Part shown: positions 28,317 through 36,150 of the stretch, one piece after another
How positions within the stretch are numbered: position 1 is the first letter of the stretch
Layout of the letters: each line of letters opens with the position of its first letter
Assembly (NCBI GenBank): GCA_003216795.1
Contig: QCIH01000007.1
Coordinates: forward strand, 335-64,334
DNA: 64,000 nucleotides
Source of the DNA: Prochlorococcus sp. AG-402-K16
GTDB taxonomy: Bacteria > Cyanobacteriota > Cyanobacteriia > PCC-6307 > Cyanobiaceae
Direction of reading: 5' to 3'
The notes under the pieces: model-generated
The model's input: only the letters and a program-made list of their open reading frames with translations
What the model was told of the DNA's origin: nothing
The model's database searches: none
Translations under genes and position numbers: made by a program

Positions 28317-29104
28317 TGTTTAATAAATTTTGGTTTGACGCAAAAAATATAAATTGTTTTAAAAATGGCTTTAGAGTAATTAAAAATTTAAATTTAAAGA
28401 TATCGTATTCAGAAAATGTAATATTAATAGGACCAAATGGTTCAGGTAAATCATCCTTAATTGAAATAATTAATAGGAACATATACCCAGTAGTAGCTAA
28501 TGAATCGAAACTGAAAATATTTGACAAAGAACTTATAAATTTATGGGAACTAAGAAATAAAGTAAGTACCGTAAATAATGATATAAAAAATAGAATAAAT
28601 CCAAACTTAAAAGTTTTTGATTTAATTTTAAGTGGACTATATGGAAGATATTGTTACGTACAAAATAAATCTGAAAGAGATTCTTATAAGGTGGAAAAAA
28701 TCATGAAGAAAATGAATATTTCTAATTTATCTAAAAAGAATTTTTCCTATTTATCAGATGGAGAAAAACAAATTTCACTTATTGCAAGAGCATTAATCAA
28801 AAAACCGGAAATCTTAATCCTAGATGAACCAATTGCAAATTTAGATTATAAATCAAAGTTTTTTGTAATTGATAAGGTTAATGAATTATCAAAATTAAAT
28901 ACGAAAATTTTATGCGTTACTCATGATATTTCAACGATTACCAAAATTTATGACCGAGTCATAATGCTAAAAGATGGCAAAATAATCGCTGATGGAGATC
29001 AAAATAAGGTTATGAATAGTGAAAATTTTAATAAGTTATTTGGTATTCAAGCAGAGCTAACTAATAATAATGGACTTTGGAATATAAACAGATTATCTAA
29101 ATAA
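28316..29104 (+). CDS. orphan ABC-type ATPase (ModF/YlmA-like), no cognate permease nearby
   Basis: Walker A GPNGSGKS, signature LSDGEKQ, Walker B ILILDEP and H-loop VTHD. Confidence 0.85.
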   Translation: MFNKFWFDAKNINCFKNGFRVIKNLNLKISYSENVILIGPNGSGKSSLIEIINRNIYPVVANESKLKIFDKELINLWELRNKVSTVNNDIKNRINPNLKVFDLILSGLYGRYCYVQNKSERDSYKVEKIMKKMNISNLSKKNFSYLSDGEKQISLIARALIKKPEILILDEPIANLDYKSKFFVIDKVNELSKLNTKILCVTHDISTITKIYDRVIMLKDGKIIADGDQNKVMNSENFNKLFGIQAELTNNNGLWNINRLSK

Positions 29105-29285
29105 CAATTATAAAAATAGCTATTGCAATAGCAAGAAATACTAATTTTTTACTTTTTAAAAATGAAGAGGATTTATTTTTAAATGAAGAAGATCCACATT
29201 TAGAACATACAATCTTACCTCCTAAAGATCGATCAGAGACGAATGAAGAACTTCCACAATTAAAGCAAACTCTATTTACGCTCAT
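29097..29285 (-). CDS. tail-anchored zinc-ribbon protein, 62 aa
   Basis: Two CxxCGSSSF units (CFNCGSSSF, CSKCGSSSF) followed by a C-terminal TM helix LVFLAIAIAIFIIVI. Confidence 0.55.
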   Translation of the reverse strand: MSVNRVCFNCGSSSFVSDRSLGGKIVCSKCGSSSFKNKSSSFLKSKKLVFLAIAIAIFIIVI

Positions 29286-29362
29286 TTAAAAAAAAATATT
29301 TAGCGATTCTACCTAAATTATATTCCTAAATACTATGTAAAGAAAAACTTCAGAAATATCAT

Positions 29363-29381
29363 GATAATGAGAATCTATTGC
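29363..29381. promoter_or_regulatory. Fur box 1, overlapping the -35 of the crp-like promoter
   Basis: GATAATGAGAATCTATTGC matches 14/19 of GATAATGATAATCATTATC. It is part of a perfect 14-nt inverted repeat with 29415-29428. Confidence 0.55.
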
Positions 29382-29406
29382 AATAAGTAATTTTTTGGTG
29401 CATAAT
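29378..29406 (+). promoter_or_regulatory. sigma70-like promoter TTGCAA-N17-CATAAT for the crp-like gene
   Basis: TTGCAA at 29378-83, a 17-nt spacer, then CATAAT at 29401-06 preceded by TG. About 33 nt upstream of ATG 29439. Confidence 0.4.
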
Positions 29407-29407
29407 T

Positions 29408-29426
29408 GATAATAATTCTCATTATC
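29408..29426. promoter_or_regulatory. Fur box 2, covering the predicted transcription start of the crp-like gene
   Basis: GATAATAATTCTCATTATC matches 16/19 of the Fur consensus. It lies immediately downstream of the -10. Confidence 0.65.
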
Positions 29427-29438
29427 ATAAATAAACAA

Positions 29439-30026
29439 ATGAATTTCCATAGTTATGGAGAATCTCCCTCAAAATCAGTAAGGATAATAACTGGACAATC
29501 CGTATTAATAGATCCTTCATCAAGGCCAAAAGGGACATGCCTAGAAGTTGAAAGTGGAATTGCAAGAGTTTATTGTCCATGTGAAGAAACTGAAGGAATG
29601 ACACTCGCATTTTTACAATCAGGAGATCAATTAAGGACCGACCTTTTGTGTAGCGAAGGGGTCTGTGTTGAAGCACTAACAGATTTATCTTTTCACAGCA
29701 ATGTAAATATTGATGAGAATATTGGTTTCGATGCAGTAAATGAATGGACTTTGCAACTCCTTAGGATTAGACATTTAGGAAATGCAGAACAGCGATTACA
29801 AGCGTTGTTCTCAATACTAGTAAATCGTCTAGGTAGAAGATGTGGTCAATGGTGTGAGTTACCTTTTAGGTTAACTCATGAAAGGATTGGTGAATTAATC
29901 GGTTCTACACGAGTAACATCAACAAGATTAATTTCTAAATTAAGATCATCTGAGTTATTAATAGCTCCTATTGGAACCCAAACAGTTAGTGTTGCTCCTT
30001 CTTTTATTGAAACATCGCCACTATAA
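29439..30026 (+). CDS. Crp/Fnr-family transcriptional regulator
   Basis: cNMP-binding-like beta-barrel followed by HTH THERIGELIGSTRVTSTRLISKLR. Start moved to ATG 29439 (MNFHSYG). Confidence 0.85.
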   Translation: MNFHSYGESPSKSVRIITGQSVLIDPSSRPKGTCLEVESGIARVYCPCEETEGMTLAFLQSGDQLRTDLLCSEGVCVEALTDLSFHSNVNIDENIGFDAVNEWTLQLLRIRHLGNAEQRLQALFSILVNRLGRRCGQWCELPFRLTHERIGELIGSTRVTSTRLISKLRSSELLIAPIGTQTVSVAPSFIETSPL

Positions 30027-30030
30027 AAAT

Positions 30031-30321
30031 ATGAAGGAATCACATTCACTTACTAACAACTTGTTAATGGAAGTTGAAGTTTTATCGAGTAGACTCAGAA
30101 ATATCAAGCAATCCTACAAATCTACAGAAAATAAAGCATTGAAGGGAAGATTATTTTCTGAAAACAAAAATCTTTTTAATAGAGTTAATGAGATTTATAA
30201 AATAGCTAAGCTCTTAAATATAAAAAATACTGAGAATATTAACTTTTCTAATTTACTTGTTGAAATAACGAAAAGAACATTGAATGAAAATAAATTTGAA
30301 AGTAATCTATTTTTTCTTTAA
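30031..30321 (+). CDS. hypothetical helical protein, 96 aa, co-transcribed with the crp-like gene
   Basis: ATG lies 4 nt after the crp-like stop. The ORF-track version (29971) overlaps the crp-like gene and is less likely. Confidence 0.45.
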   Translation: MKESHSLTNNLLMEVEVLSSRLRNIKQSYKSTENKALKGRLFSENKNLFNRVNEIYKIAKLLNIKNTENINFSNLLVEITKRTLNENKFESNLFFL

Positions 30322-30867
30322 ATCGCTATCTATCAATAAGATTGCAGAAGGTTGATTAGAAGCAAACTTTACTTTACCAAGTATGTTTGCGAATTCATCT
30401 TCTGATTTAGTTTGAGCCTCAATGATTGGATCTAAAAATACGTTGGTTCTTGTATCTGAAATTCTTTCTGAAATAGAATAAAGTTGTTGCAGAGATGAAG
30501 TTAAATCAGCCTCCATATTGAAAGAATAAGAAATCAGATCCTCTATTGAATCCCATGCTTGAACAGGTGCAGGAATTTCATCTAATTTTACGCTTTGCCC
30601 CCTTGCGATTAAGTAATCTGCAAATTTCTGAGCATGTTCCATTTCACCTTGTGATTCACTTAGAAAATGAGAAGCAAATCCATTTAAATCGCGTTCTTGA
30701 AACCAGAGGTATATAGAAAAATATTGAACATTGGCATATCTTTCCATTGTTAAATGTTCAAAAATATTATCCAATAAACTTTTTTCAATTGGTTGTGCGA
30801 CAGCTCTTCCGGATGGACCAAAATTAATTAATTTCTTCAACTTTAGATTATTTTCTTTCATTGCCAT
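30307..30867 (-). CDS. ftn: ferritin (non-haem, Ftn type)
   Basis: Di-iron ligand pattern (E..Y, ESQGEMEHAQKF, and E/Q in helix C/D) and a ferritin-like four-helix length. Confidence 0.9.
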   Translation of the reverse strand: MAMKENNLKLKKLINFGPSGRAVAQPIEKSLLDNIFEHLTMERYANVQYFSIYLWFQERDLNGFASHFLSESQGEMEHAQKFADYLIARGQSVKLDEIPAPVQAWDSIEDLISYSFNMEADLTSSLQQLYSISERISDTRTNVFLDPIIEAQTKSEDEFANILGKVKFASNQPSAILLIDSDLKKK

Positions 30868-30945
30868 ATAAGAAACTATTTAAATAATACAACATTTTGT
30901 ATAAATTAGTAATTAATTAATCCTTTAAATTAAATTAAATAATAT

Positions 30946-30964
30946 GATAATGAAAATCAATCTC
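30946..30964. promoter_or_regulatory. Fur box between ferritin and a Cys-rich micro-ORF
   Basis: GATAATGAAAATCAATCTC matches 16/19 of the Fur consensus. A minus-strand TATAAT (complement of 30968-30973) sits just upstream of it relative to ftn. Confidence 0.6.
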
Positions 30965-30974
30965 AATATTATAA

Positions 30975-31097
30975 ATGAATTTACAGTACAGATTTTCTGA
31001 ACTGCTATTAACTAATAAAATATATAACAGTAAAAAAAAGAAATGTAAAAAGAAAAAATGCTCTAATTGGAAGGGGGGCAAGTGTAATTGCCTATAA
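30975..31097 (+). CDS. 40-aa Lys/Cys-rich micro-ORF (weak candidate)
   Basis: Hand translation: MNLQYRFSELLLTNKIYNSKKKKCKKKKCSNWKGGKCNCL. A-rich DNA can give such frames by chance. Confidence 0.25.
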   Translation: MNLQYRFSELLLTNKIYNSKKKKCKKKKCSNWKGGKCNCL

Positions 31098-31104
31098 AAA
31101 AAAT

Positions 31105-32181
31105 CTATATATATTCCTTATATGCTCCGGGATATAAAAAATAATAACTATTTTTATTAATAGAAAGAGAACATTTATCGCCATTATTAAGAAGATTATT
31201 AATATCAGTTCTAACCCTTAATATGTCTCCATTAATAGATACTTTATATATAAGAAATTCTCCAAGGAATTCTTTAGATATGACAATCGCATCACCAGAT
31301 TCTGATCTTTTAATTGAAATAAATTTAGGAGAAATTGACAAACTTTTGATACTTGTATTTTTCAAATAATATGAACTATTTATTTCGCCTAAACAAGAAA
31401 TATATGAATTACCATTTTTTTTGAGATTAACAATATTATTACCCAAAATAAAACTACTAACAAATATGGTCTTGGGATTATTTAGAAGGTTAATTGGCGT
31501 ATCAATTTGATGTATTTTCCCATCATTCATAACGGCGACCTTATCGCAAATTGACATCGCCTCTTCCGGATCATGAGTAACCATCAATCCGCTTGCATTA
31601 CAACCTTTTAGGATATTAGGGAGTTCACTTCTCAATTTAAGTTTGACATGCATATCAAGACTACAAAAAGGTTCATCTAATAAAATAAAATTTGTACCTG
31701 GAGCAAGAGCTCTCGCAATTGCGAGTCTTTGTTTTTGGCCTCCAGACAGTTCATGTGGGTACCTTCCAACAAAACTATCAAGACCAACAACATTTAATAA
31801 ATAATCAACTCTAGATCTGTCTTTTTTGTTTTTCAAACCAAAAGTTACATTTTCCAAAACAGTTAAGTGAGGGAAAAGTGCATAGTCTTGAAAAACCATA
31901 CCAATATTTCTTTTCTCAGGACTAAGAATTTTTTTTCTACTTGAAATTTCCTTTTCATTAAGAGAAATCCTTCCTTTAGAGGGATATTCGAAGCCCGCGA
32001 TTAATCTTAAAAGAGTAGTTTTTCCGCAACCAGAAGGACCAAGCAACCCTAACAATTCGCCATTTTCAATTTTCAGGTTAATTTCGTTTAATATCCAATT
32101 TGAACATTCTCTTTTATCATATTTATGATGCAAATCATCAATTATTAACGCATCATTTTTCACTAAGTTCTTCTTATTCAA
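31105..32181 (-). CDS. ABC importer ATPase of the FbpC/FutC/PotA type with a C-terminal regulatory domain
   Basis: Walker A GPSGCGKTT, signature LSGGQKQR and Walker B ILLDEP, with a TOBE-like tail. Iron specificity is inferred only from neighbourhood and family. Confidence 0.8.
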   Translation of the reverse strand: MNKKNLVKNDALIIDDLHHKYDKRECSNWILNEINLKIENGELLGLLGPSGCGKTTLLRLIAGFEYPSKGRISLNEKEISSRKKILSPEKRNIGMVFQDYALFPHLTVLENVTFGLKNKKDRSRVDYLLNVVGLDSFVGRYPHELSGGQKQRLAIARALAPGTNFILLDEPFCSLDMHVKLKLRSELPNILKGCNASGLMVTHDPEEAMSICDKVAVMNDGKIHQIDTPINLLNNPKTIFVSSFILGNNIVNLKKNGNSYISCLGEINSSYYLKNTSIKSLSISPKFISIKRSESGDAIVISKEFLGEFLIYKVSINGDILRVRTDINNLLNNGDKCSLSINKNSYYFLYPGAYKEYI

Positions 32182-32258
32182 ATATATTAAGTTAGCAGAA
32201 AATATTCACCTAACATATACCTTGTATAATTTTATACACCATTTTATTTTCAAATTTA

Positions 32259-32912
32259 ATGAGAAAGTCTGAAAGAGCAGAGATAATACGCAAGGAACTC
32301 AAAAAGCTATATCCATCGCCTCCAATACCCCTTGACCATACAAATGCATATACTCTTCTAGTCGCCGTAGTTTTAAGTGCTCAATCAACAGATAAGAAAG
32401 TTAATGAATTAACAAAAAGCTTATTTAAGGTTGCAGATAATCCAGAAAAGATGATGCAGCTAGGTATTAATGGCATTTACGAATACATAAAATTTTTAGG
32501 TCTATCTAATCAAAAATCAAAGAACATCTATAACTTATCTAAACTATTGATTGAGAAGCATAATGGCACCGTCCCAGATTCTTTTGAGAAGCTTGAATCT
32601 CTGCCAGGGGTAGGTCATAAAACAGCATCAGTTGTAATGTCTCAAGTCTTTAAAATTCCCTCATTCCCTGTCGATACTCACATACACAGGTTGTCACAAA
32701 GATGGGGGCTATCAAATGGAGATAGCGTAGTGCAAACAGAAAAAGATCTGAAAAAAATATTTCCTGTTAATGATTGGAATACCTTACATTTGCAAATAAT
32801 CTTTTATGGCAGAGAATACTGCACAGCAAGAGGCTGTGATGGAACAAAATGTTATTTGTGCCGCACTCTTTATCCCAAAAGAAAAAAGAAATTTATATGT
32901 AAAAAGCCTTAA
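32259..32912 (+). CDS. nth: endonuclease III
   Basis: HhH-GPD LPGVGHKTASVV, catalytic D (VDTHIHR) and a C-terminal Cys cluster. Confidence 0.92.
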   Translation: MRKSERAEIIRKELKKLYPSPPIPLDHTNAYTLLVAVVLSAQSTDKKVNELTKSLFKVADNPEKMMQLGINGIYEYIKFLGLSNQKSKNIYNLSKLLIEKHNGTVPDSFEKLESLPGVGHKTASVVMSQVFKIPSFPVDTHIHRLSQRWGLSNGDSVVQTEKDLKKIFPVNDWNTLHLQIIFYGREYCTARGCDGTKCYLCRTLYPKRKKKFICKKP

Positions 32913-32947
32913 GAAATTTATATAATATTTAAATTAGTTTTTTAATT

Positions 32948-33607
32948 ATGAAAATAGCAATTACTGGTGCATCGGGAAAAACAGGTTATAGAATTTCCGA
33001 AGAAGCAATTAAGAAAGGATATAAAGTAAGGCAAATCATTAGAAAGAATTCAAAACTCTTAGCAGGACTAGAGAATTTAGAAACAATTAGGGTTTCATTA
33101 GACAAAAAAGAAGAACTTGATAAAGCTTTAAAAGATATTGATGCTTTGGTAATTGCGACTGGAGCGAGAGCATCATTAGATTTAACTGGTCCGGCAAAAG
33201 TTGATGCATTAGGTGTATACAGGCAATTAAAGAGTTGCAAAAGAGTTGGTATTAAAAGAGTTATTTTAGTTAGTTCCCTTTGTACTGGTAAATTATTTCA
33301 CCCATTAAACTTATTTGGTTTAATTCTCATTTGGAAGAAATTAGGTGAAAACTTTCTACGAAATTCAAATTTCGAATGGACTATTATTAGACCTGGAGGA
33401 TTAAAGGAAAATGAAGATATTAAATCAGAAAATATAAATTATTCAAAAGAGGATACTCAAATTAATGGATCAATCCCAAGAAGATTAGTTGCGCAATGTT
33501 GTATAGATTCTTTAAAAAACAAGGAATCCATAAATAAATTAATAGAAGTTACAAGTTCGAATGATAATAAAAAGATATCTTTTAAAAAAGCTATGCAAAT
33601 GATTTAA
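32948..33607 (+). CDS. NAD(P)-binding atypical SDR (NmrA/Ycf39/Tic62-like)
   Basis: ITGASGKTG Rossmann motif, 219 aa. Confidence 0.8.
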   Translation: MKIAITGASGKTGYRISEEAIKKGYKVRQIIRKNSKLLAGLENLETIRVSLDKKEELDKALKDIDALVIATGARASLDLTGPAKVDALGVYRQLKSCKRVGIKRVILVSSLCTGKLFHPLNLFGLILIWKKLGENFLRNSNFEWTIIRPGGLKENEDIKSENINYSKEDTQINGSIPRRLVAQCCIDSLKNKESINKLIEVTSSNDNKKISFKKAMQMI

Positions 33608-33633
33608 AAGATGTAAATATATAAATTAAAACT

Positions 33634-33822
33634 ATGAAAATAGATCCCAAAATTGACGCATTACAATTAATGCTTACTGATTTAAGAACTAGAAATGAGC
33701 CAATAAGACACAAAGCTGCATTTAAAGGTTGTCAACCAGAATTTCAAAGTCTTGTATCAAGATTAATAAAGCAGTTAGAGGACGAATTAGTTGCAGAAAA
33801 GCTTTCTAATCGTGATAGTTAA
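33634..33822 (+). CDS. hypothetical protein, 62 aa
   Basis: ORF-track frame, helical, no motif recognised. Confidence 0.45.
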   Translation: MKIDPKIDALQLMLTDLRTRNEPIRHKAAFKGCQPEFQSLVSRLIKQLEDELVAEKLSNRDS

Positions 33823-33829
33823 ATTTAGA

Positions 33830-34441
33830 TTACTTAAATGAAATTAAGTTATCCCTTTTTGCTTGTTCTGAAAGTTCATCATATCCTCCAAAAAATTTAC
33901 TATCTAAAAATATTTGAGGGAAAGTATTATGGTTACTGTGAGCCATTATTTTTTTAAAGCTCTCATCATTGTCTATTAAAGTAACTTCATGAGGGATAGA
34001 TAAAGAATTAAGCAACCTAATTGCTCTTTTAGACCAAGGACAATCCTTTAAAATATATGCTTTAACACGTGATTCATTTTTTAAAAAATCATTACTTGAG
34101 ATATTAATAATTTTTCGTTCAAAAGAAAGTAATAATATATCAGTACCTTTTTTTACAATACATCCCTCCTCAAGATGCCCGCCGAAGACATTACATCCCT
34201 CATCTGCAAAACTCAAATGTAAATGAACATCTCCTTTATTAAAATGTCCATTTAAAGAAACTATCTCTAGATTTCCCTCAAATTTATTTATCTCTTGATT
34301 TCCTGGGCATTGAATACAAACTGTTCTTAGATTACCAACCACTCCAGAAACATACCCGTATAAATTATTAGATAAAGAATATTCTTTTATTGAATTTATC
34401 AAATCAGATTCTGGAGATAGCTTTAGGCTATGAGGCTGCAT
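33830..34441 (-). CDS. DUF296/PPC-domain fused to a monothiol glutaredoxin domain
   Basis: The N-terminal half has the PPC pattern (LEIVSLNGHF..HLHLSFAD..GGHL). The C-terminal half is Grx-like (YILKDCPWSKRA...FPQIFLDSKFFGGYDEL). Confidence 0.75.
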   Translation of the reverse strand: MQPHSLKLSPESDLINSIKEYSLSNNLYGYVSGVVGNLRTVCIQCPGNQEINKFEGNLEIVSLNGHFNKGDVHLHLSFADEGCNVFGGHLEEGCIVKKGTDILLLSFERKIINISSNDFLKNESRVKAYILKDCPWSKRAIRLLNSLSIPHEVTLIDNDESFKKIMAHSNHNTFPQIFLDSKFFGGYDELSEQAKRDNLISFK

Positions 34442-34624
34442 TAGATATAAGGAATAATTTTGTAATATAAAACATCATCAAACATAAAAAGAAGATGAGT
34501 TTATAATCTTTAGGATTCAGATTTAATTTAAATTTTAAATCCAGCATTAAAAACAATTTAAAATTTTTACTAAATATTTAAGCTTCTTGAGAGTGTAATA
34601 TATTTTTTATATACAAAAACTAAT

Positions 34625-35164
34625 TTGATAATAAGAAAAAATCTTAAAAATTTGGCATTTAATATTCCTAACTTATTATCGATATCTCGACTTTTCCTCG
34701 TATTTCCATTAATACTTTTTTTAGAAATTAATAGACCTTTGTATGTCTTAATATTGATCATTATTGGAGGTTTAACTGATTATTTTGACGGGTTAATAGC
34801 AAGAAAATTTAATCTTCAAACCAGATTAGGAGCTATCCTAGATCCCTTAAGCGATAAAGTATTCTATTTAATTCCTTTAACCTTCCTTTGTAAAAATAAT
34901 TTTATACCCTTTTGGTCTTTGTCATTAATTTTATTTAGAGAATTAATTATATCTAGCCTGAGAAACTCTACAAAAGACGGTTTACCTGCATCTATGTTGG
35001 GTAAATTTAAAACATTTTTCTTTTTTATTTCAGTAATAACCTTCTTTACACCATTAAAAATAAGCTTATTGAATAATTTGGCTTTAATTTTTTATTGGTT
35101 AGGATTCATTCTGACTTTTGTGACTTTACTAGGCTATTTAAGAATTAAAAAGAATATGATCTGA
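34625..35164 (+). CDS. pgsA: CDP-diacylglycerol--glycerol-3-phosphate 3-phosphatidyltransferase
   Basis: CDP-alcohol phosphatidyltransferase motif DYFDGLIAR...GAILDPLSDK. TTG start as in the ORF track. Confidence 0.85.
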   Translation: MIIRKNLKNLAFNIPNLLSISRLFLVFPLILFLEINRPLYVLILIIIGGLTDYFDGLIARKFNLQTRLGAILDPLSDKVFYLIPLTFLCKNNFIPFWSLSLILFRELIISSLRNSTKDGLPASMLGKFKTFFFFISVITFFTPLKISLLNNLALIFYWLGFILTFVTLLGYLRIKKNMI

Positions 35165-36064
35165 ATTTTCATCAAACTCCTCACTCTTTTTATTATTAAA
35201 ATCTTTCACAAAACTATCCTTTAAACCATTAAGCAAATCAAAAGTTGGCACCCACTCTAGATCACGTTTAATCTTTGAGATATCAGTCTGATAATGATTT
35301 AATCTAATTGGAAATCCCTTTCGAGATTTAGGATCTAATTTTTGAAAATCAAATGTTCTTAAAGAAATCTCATTTTGGTTTAATCCAAGAACATTCGCAC
35401 AGAAATAAATTAAACCCTTGATTGTTACTCCTTTTTCTCCTGAACAGTTGTAAATATTATTTTTAGAATTTTCAAAATTCATGCACCTAATCATTACATC
35501 AGTTAGATCAGAAACATGGCCTAGCTGGGTAATTAAAGATCCATCACCAGGGATTGGTATAGTTTTTTTACTAAATAACCTTTCAAAAAACCAATTTTCA
35601 ATTTTATTATAATTTCCTGGTCCATAAATATAAGTAGGTCTAAAACTTGTAAAAGGAATTTTTTGGTTTTTTAACCAATTTTCTGTCTCAAACTTTCCTT
35701 TGTGCCTACTATCTGGATCAATTGGATCAACTTCGGATAATGGTAATTCACAATTATCTTTATATACACCTGCAGAGCTGACATAGATATATCTATGGAA
35801 AGAATTATCTAAATTTTCTATAAGAAGTTTTGTCTGTTTTAACTCTCTTCCAGAGATATCATAGACAACATCATACTTTTTCTTTCTTAGCCTGACGATA
35901 TCTTCTGAGCTATTTCTATCACCCTTAATTAAATTTGTTTTTTCAGGATTACTTTTATTACCTCTCGTGAAAATATCAATATCATAATTTTTACTTAATA
36001 ACTTTCCAACCAAAGACTTGCCAACAAATCTGGTGCCACCCATTACAAGAATTTTCATATTCAA
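35138..36064 (-). CDS. NAD-dependent epimerase/dehydratase-fold protein (CSP41-like)
   Basis: VMGGTRFVG Rossmann motif, 308 aa. 27-nt convergent overlap with pgsA. Confidence 0.8.
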   Translation of the reverse strand: MNMKILVMGGTRFVGKSLVGKLLSKNYDIDIFTRGNKSNPEKTNLIKGDRNSSEDIVRLRKKKYDVVYDISGRELKQTKLLIENLDNSFHRYIYVSSAGVYKDNCELPLSEVDPIDPDSRHKGKFETENWLKNQKIPFTSFRPTYIYGPGNYNKIENWFFERLFSKKTIPIPGDGSLITQLGHVSDLTDVMIRCMNFENSKNNIYNCSGEKGVTIKGLIYFCANVLGLNQNEISLRTFDFQKLDPKSRKGFPIRLNHYQTDISKIKRDLEWVPTFDLLNGLKDSFVKDFNNKKSEEFDENSDHILFNS

Positions 36065-36150
36065 AAAATATTTAACTGAAGTAGTAATCTTAAATAGAAT
36101 TACATATTGAATAGTACTACTAAGAAGTAATTAATGAAAAGGACGATTCT

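Noticed and set aside
28291-28527. A 78-aa minus-strand ORF overlapping the start of the ABC ATPase gene and the 33-aa ORF.
   Set aside because: It is antisense to the Walker A region of a complete ATPase gene and has no independent support.
34570-34761. A 63-aa minus-strand ORF overlapping the pgsA 5' end.
   Set aside because: It overlaps pgsA, which has the full CDP-alcohol phosphatidyltransferase motif. The translation is Lys/Ile/Asn-rich noise.
35138-35164. Convergent gene overlaps: pgsA/CSP41-like (27 nt), gpgS/ureC (4 nt), the 96-aa ORF with ftn (15 nt), and the ABC ATPase with the zinc-ribbon gene (8 nt).
   Set aside because: These fit the extreme compaction of this genome. They are not evidence of antisense regulation on their own.
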